From assembly GCA_017452545.1 (NCBI GenBank), contig JAFTME010000107.1, forward strand, positions 828 to 64,827: DNA of 64,000 nucleotides, read 5' to 3'. Source of the DNA: Clostridia bacterium. Its GTDB lineage: Bacteria > Bacillota > Clostridia > Oscillospirales > CAG-272. Position numbers and translations under genes: made by a program. Every line of letters begins with the position of its first letter. Within the stretch, counting starts at the first letter, position 1. Shown one piece after another: positions 1-10,145 of this stretch. The notes beneath the pieces were generated by a model. It worked only from the letters and a program-made list of their open reading frames with translations. It was not told the DNA's origin and made no database searches.

Positions 1-448
1 TCCAACCGTCATCCAGGTCCCACTTGTCAAAGGAGTAGTCAACCAGGATCTCATCCTTATCGGAGACACCGGAAGAGGTCAGCTCGAGCTGGATGCCCTT
101 GCCGCTCAGCTTGGAAGCCTCAGAAATGTAGAAATCGAAGCACAGGTGAGTCATCTCGGATGCATCGATGGGGCTGAACTTCAGCTGACGCAGCCAAGCG
201 CCAACGCCCAAAGTACCCTTATGGGTCTCAACCATGGAAGCCTCACCCTCGGTCTTATCCTCGGTATCGAAGGTCAGGGAAATCAAAGTAGCACCACCGG
301 CAATACCCCAGCCACCGCGAACATCACAAGTATCGATGTAAGCCACGGGATGCGTAGGAGCCGCAGGCTTCTTTGCTGCAAAGGAAACTACGGTAAAGCA
401 GCTCAGCAGCATTGCAAGTGTCAAGCAAATTGCAAGAAACTTTTTCAT
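1..448 (-). CDS. secreted protein of unknown function (C-terminal part lies outside the window)
   Basis: The minus-strand frame is open from the ATG at 448-446 down to position 1, with a GGAGG Shine-Dalgarno sequence (SD) 7 nt upstream. The N-terminus MKKFLAICLTLAMLLSCFTVVSFAAKKP looks like a Sec signal peptide. It is missing from the ORF track only because there is no in-window stop. Track ORF 146..466(+) is its antisense shadow. Confidence 0.6.
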   Translation of the reverse strand, partial: MKKFLAICLTLAMLLSCFTVVSFAAKKPAAPTHPVAYIDTCDVRGGWGIAGGATLISLTFDTEDKTEGEASMVETHKGTLGVGAWLRQLKFSPIDASEMTHLCFDFYISEASKLSGKGIQLELTSSGVSDKDEILVDYSFDKWDLDDGW

Positions 449-578
449 TGTATAAATCCTCCATAAATTTGGTGTACCCTTGCTCTTCTTACGCGCTTTG
501 TCCGCTCCCCTTCCGAAAAAGCGGAAGGAAAAGTGGAAAAAGGGCGTAAAAAGCCCAAGTAACACCTCTGTTGGGATA

Positions 579-607
579 AGTATAGCACAACATTTTGCGT
601 TTGTCAA
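579..607 (-). promoter_or_regulatory. sigma-A type promoter for the secreted-protein gene
   Basis: On the minus strand: TTGACA (607-602), a 17-nt spacer, then TATACT (584-579). Confidence 0.5.
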
Positions 608-819
608 CAGTTGTGAACAAAATTTTTACGATTTTTTTAACAAACTGTTTTGAAGTTGTGGACTGCGCCGTTTTCGTCATGGCTATGCTATGCCATCGTT
701 TCGCGGCGGTGGTGGGAGGAGCAAGTCCTCCCCTACGGGTCTGTAAATCTTTCCGTTTGCCACTCCCCACGGGAGAGGTGGCGGCGCAGCCGTCGGAGAG
801 GGTTCCCTCTTGTCAAAGA

Positions 820-2295
820 TTATTTCTGCAGCTTCTGCGATGCCGCGCGGTGTCCCTGCTCGACAAGCATTCCCTGCTTGATGTCCCACAGGCGCTGCGA
901 AAGGTCGACATAATAATTATGAGGATTACTGAAGCGGCGCACCTCATCCCACATGCTGTCGATCTCGTCGAAGCAGTGCTCGCGGATCTGCTTGAGCGTG
1001 GGCAGCTCGTAAACCAACTCGCCCGCCTTGAACACCTGCACCTGCAGAGGCTTTGCGACATAATCGGTCAGGATCTTGCGCTTCCAGATGTGCTCGGGGT
1101 CAAACAGCTCGTAGGGCTTGGAGTCGTCGATCACCTCGTCGTGTACGCAAAGCAGGTCAGCCTCTGCCTTTTTGGTCTCTCTGCCGTACAGGCGATATAC
1201 CTTTTTATAATGAGGCGTTGTGATCTTACCGACGTTCTCGCTGATCTTGATCTTGGGCTGAATGCTGCCGTCCTCGTTCTCCACCGCGCAAAGCTTGTAG
1301 ACCGCGCCAAAGACGGGATCGCTCTTGGCGGTGATCAGTCGCTCACCGACGCCGAAGAAATCGATCTCCGCGCCTTGGCGGATCAACTCACGGATGATAT
1401 ATTCATCCAACGAGTTAGAAACGACGATCTTGCACTCGGGGAATCCGGCATCGTCCAGCATCTTGCGGACCTTCTTGGTCAGATAGGTAATATCGCCCGA
1501 ATCGATACGAACGGCACATTTGTGAATGCCCTGCGGCACGAGCACCTCGCGGAAGGCGCGAATGGCGTTGGGAACGCCCGATTCCAGTACGTTGTAGGTG
1601 TCTATCAGCAGCGTTGCGTTGTGCGGATAGATCTCACAGTAGGTCTTAAAAGCGGTGTATTCATCATCAAACATCTGCACCCAGGAGTGTGCCATGGTGC
1701 CCGATGCGGGAACGCCCAGCGCCTGATCGGAAATGGTGCAGGCGGTCGAAGCACAGCCGCCGATATACGCCGCACGCGCACCGAGAATGGCAGCGTCGGC
1801 GCCCTGTGCACGGCGGGATCCGAACTCGCTGATGGCACGTCCCTTGGCAGCGCGCGTCATACGGCTTGCCTTGGTTGCGATGAGCGACTGGTGGTTGATC
1901 TGCAGCAGCAGATAGGTTTCGATCAGCTGCGCCTCGATGGTGCGCGCGCGCACCGTGATCAGCGGCTCACCGGGAAATACGACGGTTCCCTCGGGAATTG
2001 CCCATACGTCACCCGTAAAGCGGAAGGTGCGCAGATACTCCAAGAACTCCTCGTTGAAACACTTCTTGCCGCGCAGGAACGCAATATCGTCCTCGTCAAA
2101 ATGCAGATTTTTGATGTATTCAACAATCTGCTCCAGTCCTGCCGCGATGGCGTAGCCGCCGTCATCGGGGTTGTCGCGGTAAAACAGATCGAAATACACC
2201 ATCTTGTCCTTCATACCGCTGTTGAAATAGCCGTTGCCCATGGTCAACTCATAGAAATCGCACAGAAGAGTCAAATTGCGTGATAGATCTTTCAT
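820..2295 (-). CDS. pncB: nicotinate phosphoribosyltransferase
   Basis: 491 aa. The N-terminus LTLLCDFYELTMGNGYF and overall length are typical of NAPRTase. AAGGAG SD upstream. Confidence 0.92.
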   Translation of the reverse strand: MKDLSRNLTLLCDFYELTMGNGYFNSGMKDKMVYFDLFYRDNPDDGGYAIAAGLEQIVEYIKNLHFDEDDIAFLRGKKCFNEEFLEYLRTFRFTGDVWAIPEGTVVFPGEPLITVRARTIEAQLIETYLLLQINHQSLIATKASRMTRAAKGRAISEFGSRRAQGADAAILGARAAYIGGCASTACTISDQALGVPASGTMAHSWVQMFDDEYTAFKTYCEIYPHNATLLIDTYNVLESGVPNAIRAFREVLVPQGIHKCAVRIDSGDITYLTKKVRKMLDDAGFPECKIVVSNSLDEYIIRELIRQGAEIDFFGVGERLITAKSDPVFGAVYKLCAVENEDGSIQPKIKISENVGKITTPHYKKVYRLYGRETKKAEADLLCVHDEVIDDSKPYELFDPEHIWKRKILTDYVAKPLQVQVFKAGELVYELPTLKQIREHCFDEIDSMWDEVRRFSNPHNYYVDLSQRLWDIKQGMLVEQGHRAASQKLQK

Positions 2296-2413
2296 GACAG
2301 TCTCCTTTTCTCGTTGCCGCAGCTTTATGCGGTCGCTTATGTTTATTAACCTATATTATATCACACACTAAACGCAAATTCAAGTAAAAAATCGTATCCG
2401 TCGCCATTTTTTG

Positions 2414-2451
2414 CAAAAAAAGCCGCCCGAGCCTGTGTAAGCCCGAGCGGC
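2414..2451 (-). terminator. rho-independent terminator of the 903-aa gene
   Basis: On the minus-strand RNA, GCCGCUCGGGC..GCUCGGGCGGC forms an 11-bp stem (two G-U pairs) followed by U7. Confidence 0.6.
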
Positions 2452-2456
2452 ATCAA

Positions 2457-5168
2457 TTACGGCAGCCGTTCGCTGCCCTTTTTTCTGATTCTCATAATAG
2501 CGAAAAATCCCGCGGTCGTCAGAAGCAATGCTGCAAACGCCAACAGCGGAACGAAGCGTTGCTCATCCTTCGCCCCCCCAGCATCGGCATCTACGCTTTC
2601 ACGGGAAGCGAGAATGCTCTCACGCAGCGCATCCGCATCCTGATCCCTGCTCCAGCCCTCGATCTGCATCATATACAGGCGTACCGTCTCGACTTGCGTC
2701 GATATGGGCTCCACCGTGATCAGCACGGAATGACAAGCACCCGTGTTTTTGAGCATACGTCCCGTCATGGCAAGAGTCTCCATCTCCCCGCTTCGCACCA
2801 CGGCGCTGCCGACCATTCGGAAATTATCACCGAACAACGTCACGCTGACCTTGGCATCCACGGGGTTGCCGTTTTTGTCGGTCACGGCAAGCGTCGCGGA
2901 AACGGCATCGCATACCGAAAACTTTTCCGGTACAGCATAGGAATAGGTCAGCGCTCCGCAGCCTCGGCCGCTCATTTCCGCCAGCAGCACGCGTCCAAAG
3001 CGACTGCCGCCGTCCATGGAAAGCGATTCGCAGTCAAAGCCCGCATTCCATCCGAGCGTACCCAGCGCCGAGGTGAAATTCCAATACTCGTAGCTGCCCG
3101 CATACGTCTGTCGGTCCAGCTCCTCCAGCGTACATTCATAAACGGTACGGCTCTGCGTTGTCTTGCCCGACAGAACACTCCATTTGGAAAGCCCGAAATA
3201 AGGCAGCGCAAAAGCAGTGACCTCTGCTGCCGCGTTGGTGTCAATGCCCGCAATCAGCGTAGCCAATACCGTCTCGGCATCGCTGTCCTGCGTAATATGA
3301 ACGGTAAAGCCGTCCACCGCGCGGTTTCCGAAATACAGGTGGTATAAATACGCATACGAAAGCGACAGAGCAAGCCCTGTGCAGTCCGCCGGCGGTGTCC
3401 AGACAACCGTTCCCGTGTTTGCAACACATTCATACCCCGCCACACCCGAAAGCAGCGACTCAACCGTCGGTATATTTTTTGTCGCGCCAGTTGATTGCTC
3501 GTAATACATCGCCGCCTGTACGCCTTCAATCCCGTTTTGCAGAATATCCGCGTTCAAGCCAAACGGCGCGCGGTGATTTTCCAGCATCAGCGCAAAGAAG
3601 TCATCTCCGCATCCAAGATCCTCCAGCATGCGGCAAACGCCCTCCAGCAGCGTCTCCGAGGAGCAGATCCCCTGCGCCTCGCCCTGCGGTGTGTCCGTAA
3701 GCGACAAATAGACACGCGTTTCCGGGCTGTAAGCCGCCACAGCATTTTTCGTCAACGCCAAAAGGAGCGCCGTATTGAGCAAATAATCGCGAAGCGACTG
3801 TGTTCCGACGTCAAAGCTTGTCGTCGTATCCAAGCCCATACCGGGAACGATTCCCGTGGGCAGCGCATCGCCGACCTCGCCGTATTTTGCAAACAGATAC
3901 GAAAGCGCCGCACCGTATGCACGTTGCGCCTCTGCCGTCTGCAGCAGAACACCGAGATACTGTCCGTCCACCGTCGTATCAGATGCGTCAACGGTAAACG
4001 GAAGCGCGTAGCCGCGCGCATCCGGCTCGATCAAAAGCCGCAGCGTCAGCTTCATACCGATGGCAAGCAGCGGCTCGGTTTGATTGAGCAGCGCATCGAT
4101 ATACTGCCGGTCAAAGGAATAATACGCGCCGTCAAACTCATACGCCTCAACGCTGCTGTCCTCGGCAGCAAACAGGCGATTCAGATATACATCCACCATG
4201 GCAGTTCCCGCATAAACGCGCTGTGCAACGGCACTATCCTCCGCGTAAACGCCCTTAAACCCGGGTAGCGTCGCAACGCTCTCTCCCGCGTACGAGGAAA
4301 CGGCACGATGAATGGCAACCGTCGGCTCCGCCATCGGGACGGTGTTGCCGTATTTGTCCTTGAGGGCAACAGCATACCTCGCATTCGCCTCCAAAAATAC
4401 GGGCGCATCGACGGTAAAGGTAAAGCGGTTGGACATATTGTTGGTATGCAGCGGCAGCGGATTGCGCTCAAGCATCTGCTGCAGCGTTTCAAAGGGCAAC
4501 AGGCGGTACAGCAAAATGCTGCCGCCCGAGAAGTCAACCACCGAGTCGGTACGAACCGTTCCCTGCACCGTCACCGTCTGAAGCGTCGGGTCGTAGGTGC
4601 AAGCGGTGATGCTGCCATGCGTTTGCGCCAGTTGCCTGTAATACGAGGCGCGTGCGATACGGTAAACGCTGAGCTGACCGCTCTTAACGTCCTTGCATTC
4701 GATGCGAAGCTGCTCGATCTCATCGACCTCGTCGATATAGGCGTAATACACCGTTTTCTCCGACTGTGGTGCGATCTGCAACGAATACGTGCCGCTCTGC
4801 TCCTTGCCATCGGCACCGTGCCAAACATATTCCAGCAAAAGCTCGGTGCAAGAGGAACGGTTTGCGATCAACAGCTGCAAGGCATTGTTTTTCGTTTTTC
4901 CTTCATAAGCCACAAGCGAGGCATACAGCGCAGCGTTACGCTGCTCCATATAGAAATCAATTCCCTGTGTGTTGTTCATTTTCAGCACACCGCCATCCGC
5001 CTCCCAAAGGTCGGCAGAAAACTGTGCGCGATACTCCTCGCTCTGCACAGGATACGCCGTACCGTCCTGCTCAGCGGCCGACGTAGGCACGGTAAGGAGC
5101 TGCAACAGCATGGCAAGCAGCAGGCAAAGCGCGATCATATTCGATTTTCCGTATACACGGCGTACCAT
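2457..5168 (-). CDS. large surface protein, unknown function (signal peptide plus C-terminal TM anchor)
   Basis: 903 aa. AAGGAGG SD. N-terminal hydrophobic signal ending TSA-AEQ. C-terminal hydrophobic helix LLAFAALLLTTAGFFAIM followed by RIRKKGS. I recognise no catalytic motif. Confidence 0.75.
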   Translation of the reverse strand: MVRRVYGKSNMIALCLLLAMLLQLLTVPTSAAEQDGTAYPVQSEEYRAQFSADLWEADGGVLKMNNTQGIDFYMEQRNAALYASLVAYEGKTKNNALQLLIANRSSCTELLLEYVWHGADGKEQSGTYSLQIAPQSEKTVYYAYIDEVDEIEQLRIECKDVKSGQLSVYRIARASYYRQLAQTHGSITACTYDPTLQTVTVQGTVRTDSVVDFSGGSILLYRLLPFETLQQMLERNPLPLHTNNMSNRFTFTVDAPVFLEANARYAVALKDKYGNTVPMAEPTVAIHRAVSSYAGESVATLPGFKGVYAEDSAVAQRVYAGTAMVDVYLNRLFAAEDSSVEAYEFDGAYYSFDRQYIDALLNQTEPLLAIGMKLTLRLLIEPDARGYALPFTVDASDTTVDGQYLGVLLQTAEAQRAYGAALSYLFAKYGEVGDALPTGIVPGMGLDTTTSFDVGTQSLRDYLLNTALLLALTKNAVAAYSPETRVYLSLTDTPQGEAQGICSSETLLEGVCRMLEDLGCGDDFFALMLENHRAPFGLNADILQNGIEGVQAAMYYEQSTGATKNIPTVESLLSGVAGYECVANTGTVVWTPPADCTGLALSLSYAYLYHLYFGNRAVDGFTVHITQDSDAETVLATLIAGIDTNAAAEVTAFALPYFGLSKWSVLSGKTTQSRTVYECTLEELDRQTYAGSYEYWNFTSALGTLGWNAGFDCESLSMDGGSRFGRVLLAEMSGRGCGALTYSYAVPEKFSVCDAVSATLAVTDKNGNPVDAKVSVTLFGDNFRMVGSAVVRSGEMETLAMTGRMLKNTGACHSVLITVEPISTQVETVRLYMMQIEGWSRDQDADALRESILASRESVDADAGGAKDEQRFVPLLAFAALLLTTAGFFAIMRIRKKGSERLP

Positions 5169-5194
5169 GAGGCAGCCTCCTTTCCATGAATTAT

Positions 5195-5893
5195 TTACAA
5201 CTGCGGCATCTCTCCGTAATCGGAATGCCGCTGAATGATCGGTGTACAGTTTCCGCTCGCAACCACGTAGTGCTGCAGCAGTGTAACGCCGAAGGTATCA
5301 AAATAAGCGGTATAATTGGATGTGCTGAGCAGATCCTGCTGCGACGGAATGGCAACACCGTCGGGATGATTGTGCGCCAGGATCACAGACACGGCGTTTT
5401 TGTCCAGCGCCGTCTTAAGCATACTGCGCATATTGACCGACAGCGTGCTCACACTGCCCTTGGCAAGAAGCACGCAATCCAGCATTCGCATCTTGCTGTC
5501 AAACATCAGCATATACAAATGCTCCTCCGAAAGCCCCGCAAACTGCGGAACCAAAAACTCTTTGATCTTTTCTACAGTATCATAGCATTTGTAGGTTTTG
5601 CGCTGCTCCAGCTCTCTTGCCCGCTGCATCTGATTGACCACCTTGAGAAACAGCGCCGCACCGTGCCCCATTCCCTCAACCGCCGTCAACTCGTCAACGG
5701 ATGCATGAAACACGCCGTCCAGTGTATGAAAGCGCTCCAAAAGGCGGTGTGCCAGCGCGTTGGTATCTCTTCGCGGAATGGCATAAAACAGCAGCAGCTC
5801 CAGCAGCTCGTGCTGCTGAAAGGAATCTCCGCCCTCCCGCTCAAAGCGTTGGCGCAATCGGTCGCGATGACCGTCATGTAAATGCTGTGCCAT
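5195..5893 (-). CDS. radC: RadC-family JAB-domain protein
   Basis: 232 aa. Has the HhH-like N-terminal half and the JAMM-like motif ILAHNHPDG..PSQQD. Confidence 0.9.
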   Translation of the reverse strand: MAQHLHDGHRDRLRQRFEREGGDSFQQHELLELLLFYAIPRRDTNALAHRLLERFHTLDGVFHASVDELTAVEGMGHGAALFLKVVNQMQRARELEQRKTYKCYDTVEKIKEFLVPQFAGLSEEHLYMLMFDSKMRMLDCVLLAKGSVSTLSVNMRSMLKTALDKNAVSVILAHNHPDGVAIPSQQDLLSTSNYTAYFDTFGVTLLQHYVVASGNCTPIIQRHSDYGEMPQL

Positions 5894-5930
5894 TGTACTA
5901 CCTCCGAATTTTTTATATCAACCGTCGGTT

Positions 5931-6884
5931 TTATTTTTCAACCGCAGTTTTCTTTTCTTGATTGACCGGAATTTGTGCCAGCACGACCGCCGCAAGCATC
6001 AGCGCGCAGCCGATCCACTCGCGCCCCGACATACTCTCATTCAGAAGGAGCATACCGGAAACCGTTGCAAATACCGCCTCAAGGCTGAACAGGATCGAAA
6101 CGACCGTCGGGTTGGAGCCCTTCTGGGCAACGATCTGCAGCGTGTAAGCAACGCCGCTGGAGAACACACCGACGTACAGCAGCGACGGCAGGCAAGCCAT
6201 CATATCGGACATAGTCAGCGGCTCTCTGAAAACAGCGACAAAAACGGCCGATTCCAATGTGACCACAATAAATTGCATCAAGGATAGCGCGAGTCCGTTC
6301 ACCTTGACCGTAAAATGATCGATCAAAAGGATCTGAACGGCAAAGGTAAACGCACAGATCATGACGTAAACGTCACCGGTCTGAATGGTAAACGCCTCGC
6401 TGACGCAAAGAAAATATAAGCCAAAGACAGCCAGAACCACGCTGCCCCAAACGGTGATCCCCACACGCTTTTTCAAAAACAGCCCCAGCAGTGGAACCAG
6501 AACGATGTACAACGCTGTAATAAAGCCTGCCTTGCCGCTCGAGGTGTCCGCGTTGATGCCGAACTGCTGCAAATTGGCAGAAGCGGTCAACGCCGTACCG
6601 CAAAGCAGACCACCAAGCAGCAGCGTTTTGCGCTGTGCCGCATCACGGCAGCCCAGCACGTCACCAATCTCCTCGGCAGTATGCGGTCTTCCCTCTCGCT
6701 TGGCGCGTGCTCTGCGCCACAGCCATACCGCGAGCAGCATCAAAAAAATGAACACCGCCGCGATCAGGCTGCGCAGCATATTGATCGAAAAAGGCGCAAG
6801 ATAGTCGGCGCAAACGCTCTGCGCGACAAACGCCACCCCCCAGATCATCGCCGTGATCACGGGGAGGACGTTCTGACGAAGCAT
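5931..6884 (-). CDS. EamA/DMT-family transporter
   Basis: A polytopic membrane protein with two EamA-like halves. I place the start at MLRQNVLPV (ATG 6884), 4 nt after the folD stop, rather than at the track start 6929. Confidence 0.85.
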   Translation of the reverse strand: MLRQNVLPVITAMIWGVAFVAQSVCADYLAPFSINMLRSLIAAVFIFLMLLAVWLWRRARAKREGRPHTAEEIGDVLGCRDAAQRKTLLLGGLLCGTALTASANLQQFGINADTSSGKAGFITALYIVLVPLLGLFLKKRVGITVWGSVVLAVFGLYFLCVSEAFTIQTGDVYVMICAFTFAVQILLIDHFTVKVNGLALSLMQFIVVTLESAVFVAVFREPLTMSDMMACLPSLLYVGVFSSGVAYTLQIVAQKGSNPTVVSILFSLEAVFATVSGMLLLNESMSGREWIGCALMLAAVVLAQIPVNQEKKTAVEK

Positions 6885-6888
6885 TTGC

Positions 6889-7755
6889 TTATTCACCCTT
6901 GCCCTCCGCCATACGCGCCTGTGCAGCACGCAACGTATTCTGCATCAGCATGGCAATGGTCATCGGTCCGACACCACCGGGAACGGGCGTAATATAGCCC
7001 GCGACCTCCTTGGCAGACGCAAAGTCCACGTCGCCGGTCAGCTTGCCGTCCGCGCCGCGATTGATACCGACGTCAATGACGACCGCACCCGGCTTGATCA
7101 TATCTCCCGTGATCAGACCCGCACGACCGACCGCCGCAACCAGAATATCCGCGCGGCGCGTCACCTCGGCAAGATCTGCTGTCTTACTATGGCAGACGGT
7201 TACCGTACCGTTCTCACGAAGCAGCAGCATCGACTGCGGCTTACCGACAATATTGGAGCGCCCGACCACAACGCACTCTTTACCCGAAACGCTCACACCC
7301 GTGCTGTGGATCAGCTCCATAACGCCCATGGGCGTGCAGGGCGCCAGCACACCGTCGCCACACATCACGCGACCGACGTTGTAGGGATGGAAGCAGTCTA
7401 CGTCCTTTTCGGGCGAGATACGCAGCAGCACGCGCTGCTCGTCAAGTCCTCGGGGCAGCGGAAGCTGCACGAGAATACCGTCTACCGCGCCGTCTGCATT
7501 AAGCGTATCAATCAGCGCATCCAGCTCCTGCTGCGTGGTTGCCGCAGGCAGGCGATATTCCAGCGCCCGAAAGCCGACCTCCTCGCAAGCACGCTGCTTG
7601 TTGCGAACGTAAACGGCAGAGGCAGGGTCGTCACCGACCAAAATAACTGCCAGCGCAGGCGTATAACCGGTGCTCGCGATCAGCTGCGCGGTCTCCTCTT
7701 TGATATTCTGTCTGATTTGTGCGGCAATCGCCTTGCCATCAATAATAGTTGCCAT
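6889..7755 (-). CDS. folD: bifunctional methylenetetrahydrofolate dehydrogenase/cyclohydrolase
   Basis: The track ORF is over-extended. The conserved N-terminus [15 protein letters not shown] starts at 7755, giving 288 aa. Confidence 0.95.
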   Translation of the reverse strand: MATIIDGKAIAAQIRQNIKEETAQLIASTGYTPALAVILVGDDPASAVYVRNKQRACEEVGFRALEYRLPAATTQQELDALIDTLNADGAVDGILVQLPLPRGLDEQRVLLRISPEKDVDCFHPYNVGRVMCGDGVLAPCTPMGVMELIHSTGVSVSGKECVVVGRSNIVGKPQSMLLLRENGTVTVCHSKTADLAEVTRRADILVAAVGRAGLITGDMIKPGAVVIDVGINRGADGKLTGDVDFASAKEVAGYITPVPGGVGPMTIAMLMQNTLRAAQARMAEGKGE

Positions 7756-7756
7756 G

Positions 7757-8767
7757 TTATTCCTCTTCCTTCTTTTCTTGATTTTCGTTGTTGTTCTCAT
7801 CATCGGCACACTGCGCTTCGTTTCGCTCTGCAGCGTCTGCCTTTTCCTGCTGTGCCGCCGCTCCGTACATCGGAACGTACTCCTCCGCCTCCACCGCTTC
7901 TCGAAGCTTGCGCGCACGATGCAGCATGAAGATCATCAGTCCCGTGCAGACGGCAAAGCAGAGGAAGCCCACCAGCTGCGAAATACGGATCGGACCGATA
8001 TACAGGCTGTCCGTTCGCAAGCCCTCGATAAACATACGACCAAAGCCATACCATGCAAGATAGGAAAGCGCAACCTGACCGTCAAATTTCTTTTTCTTGC
8101 AGCGATAATAAACCACCTGGATCAGCACAAAGCCGAGAATATTCCAAAGCGACTCATAAAGGAAGGTCGGATGCACGTAAGCCATCTCACTCGTGCCGAG
8201 ATCGTTGGGATACAGACCCATACGCATAAAATACAACGGATGCGAGGGATCGACAATACCGCCGTGTGCCTCTCCGTTGAAGAAGTTGCCCCAGCGTCCC
8301 ATTGCCTGCGCGATCATCACACCGGGCGCGATCATGTCCAGCGCCGCCCACCAATTTTTCTTTTTGATCTTGCTGTAAATAATAATGGTCGCAACTCCCG
8401 CAAGCACGCCGCCGTAGATGGCAAGACCGCCCCCGCGCAGATTGATCATATCCAAAAGCGTATCAAAGAAGCCGCGTCCCGGATAGATGTAGTGATCCAG
8501 TCGCATCAGAACATAATACAACCGCGCCCCGATCACGCCGAAGATCACGGTGTACAGTCCGATGTCCAGCACGTCGTCCAGCGTAAAGCCGGCGCTCTTG
8601 GCACGCACGATCGCATATACGAACGCCAGCACCATGCCGACCATAATCAGAATTCCATACCAACGAATATCAAACTTATCGTTGATTGGAATGGCAACCT
8701 TATCCACCGTAAACGGCTCGATCCCCAGCCCCGGGAACGAAATCTCAACCAATTCCTTACCGGACAT
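7757..8767 (-). CDS. lgt: prolipoprotein diacylglyceryl transferase with an acidic C-terminal tail
   Basis: 336 aa with Lgt-typical motifs ([25 protein letters not shown]). Ends in a low-complexity tail, [15 protein letters not shown]. Confidence 0.92.
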   Translation of the reverse strand: MSGKELVEISFPGLGIEPFTVDKVAIPINDKFDIRWYGILIMVGMVLAFVYAIVRAKSAGFTLDDVLDIGLYTVIFGVIGARLYYVLMRLDHYIYPGRGFFDTLLDMINLRGGGLAIYGGVLAGVATIIIYSKIKKKNWWAALDMIAPGVMIAQAMGRWGNFFNGEAHGGIVDPSHPLYFMRMGLYPNDLGTSEMAYVHPTFLYESLWNILGFVLIQVVYYRCKKKKFDGQVALSYLAWYGFGRMFIEGLRTDSLYIGPIRISQLVGFLCFAVCTGLMIFMLHRARKLREAVEAEEYVPMYGAAAQQEKADAAERNEAQCADDENNNENQEKKEEE

Positions 8768-8768
8768 T

Positions 8769-10145
8769 TTATTTCTCCTTTCGTTCTATCGGGCGTAATA
8801 CACTGCAAACGGTATACTCCCGATCAAAGCTCTGCATCAGCAGCTCTTGCACCTGCTCAAGCGTAATATCACCAATCATAGAGATGACAGGAAACACGGC
8901 GCAATCATTCCCCTCGGACTCCACCAGCAGGTCAGCGATGTCGTCGGTAAAATCAAACTCAGACACGTACCCCGCATACAGCACACGGCGGCAGCGCTCA
9001 AAGTCCTCTGCGTCAATTCCCCTGCGCTTTTGCTCGTCAATAAAGCGCCAATATTCCTGCCACACCGCGTCGGGATCATCCGATTCTCCGCTGATGCTGT
9101 GATAAGCAACATCGGGCATGGTAGAATACCCGTAAGAATAGGACGGTGAGAGCAAGCCACACTCAAACAGTCGGTTATACAAAAGCCCTGCGCGCGAGAA
9201 CAAAATCTCGCTGAGAATGCCCATGGTAAGCTCGCGGCGCAGCCGCTCGTACTCATTCGAAATATCACAGTACGCGGGATCCTTCCACGCGATCTGGAAA
9301 ATAGGACGGGAAACGTTTGCAGTTCCCTGTACCAACGACTGCTCCGGTGGAAATTGATCGTGCGTATACACGCGAGATCCCTTATCGGGGTGGCAGGCCA
9401 AGCGGTACTCCCAGTCCTCCAGCGCACGGTCGGCAATTTCAGCCACCGTCTCTGCCGTTATGTCGCCACACACAACGAGATACATATTTTCGGGCCGATA
9501 GAAGGCGTAGTAACAATCATAAAGTACACCTTCGGTAATGCGTGCGATCGAAGCCTCCGTTCCGCAAATGCTGCGGCGAACGGGATGAACGGAATACAGT
9601 GCGCCCATGGTACGGCGGTGCAACGTCTGCCAGGGGTTGTCCTCTACCATGCGGATCTCCTGTCCGATGATCCCCTGCTCCCGCTCAACCGACTCTGCCG
9701 TAAAATACGGATGTGTCACAAAGCGCAAAAGATGGAAGATCGCCTCCTCACGCTGCTCCGTGGCACTGATAAAATACGCCGTTTTGTCGTAATCCGTCCA
9801 AGCATTGACGTCAACGCCGAGCGCCGAAAACAGCTCGTCCACCGTTCCGCCGTCCTCCTCGCCAAACAGCTTGTGCTCCAGAAAATGGGCAACGCCGTCG
9901 GGTGTGTCATGCGTGATCAATCGCTCACCCTGCGCTGTCGTGTAGCTGACGTCTTGTGCGCCATAACGAACGACCATCATAGCGGTACACGCCGTAATTT
10001 TTTTGGGGAACACCAGTATGGGCATTCCACTCCGATGAATAAAGCGGTAATAAGTCTCTCCGAGTGTATGGCTGTGATATTCGATCATCTCGGGGAGAAT
10101 ACCGCTCGACGGAAGGATACGAGAGGTGGTATCATTCTTCTTCAT
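8769..10145 (-). CDS. M16-family zinc peptidase (active subunit)
   Basis: 458 aa. Carries the inverted zinc motif HFLEH (HxxEH) and a downstream glutamate region, EREQGIIGQE. Confidence 0.88.
   Translation of the reverse strand: MKKNDTTSRILPSSGILPEMIEYHSHTLGETYYRFIHRSGMPILVFPKKITACTAMMVVRYGAQDVSYTTAQGERLITHDTPDGVAHFLEHKLFGEEDGGTVDELFSALGVDVNAWTDYDKTAYFISATEQREEAIFHLLRFVTHPYFTAESVEREQGIIGQEIRMVEDNPWQTLHRRTMGALYSVHPVRRSICGTEASIARITEGVLYDCYYAFYRPENMYLVVCGDITAETVAEIADRALEDWEYRLACHPDKGSRVYTHDQFPPEQSLVQGTANVSRPIFQIAWKDPAYCDISNEYERLRRELTMGILSEILFSRAGLLYNRLFECGLLSPSYSYGYSTMPDVAYHSISGESDDPDAVWQEYWRFIDEQKRRGIDAEDFERCRRVLYAGYVSEFDFTDDIADLLVESEGNDCAVFPVISMIGDITLEQVQELLMQSFDREYTVCSVLRPIERKEK

Noticed and set aside
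595-2283. 562-aa plus-strand ORF
   Set aside because: Antisense to pncB. Shadow ORF.
2426-2448. Direct repeat GCCCGAGC ... GCCCGAGC
   Set aside because: It is explained by the minus-strand terminator hairpin, whose stem uses G-U pairs. On the plus strand this reads as a direct repeat.
6889-7917. N-terminal extensions of track ORFs (folD 342 aa, and similarly dnaJ, dnaK, grpE, hrcA, rpmA, dut, gpmI and the TGase lipoprotein)
   Set aside because: Conserved family N-termini preceded by GGAGG-type SDs lie downstream. The upstream extensions are Arg/Lys-rich read-through of intergenic or overlapping sequence.
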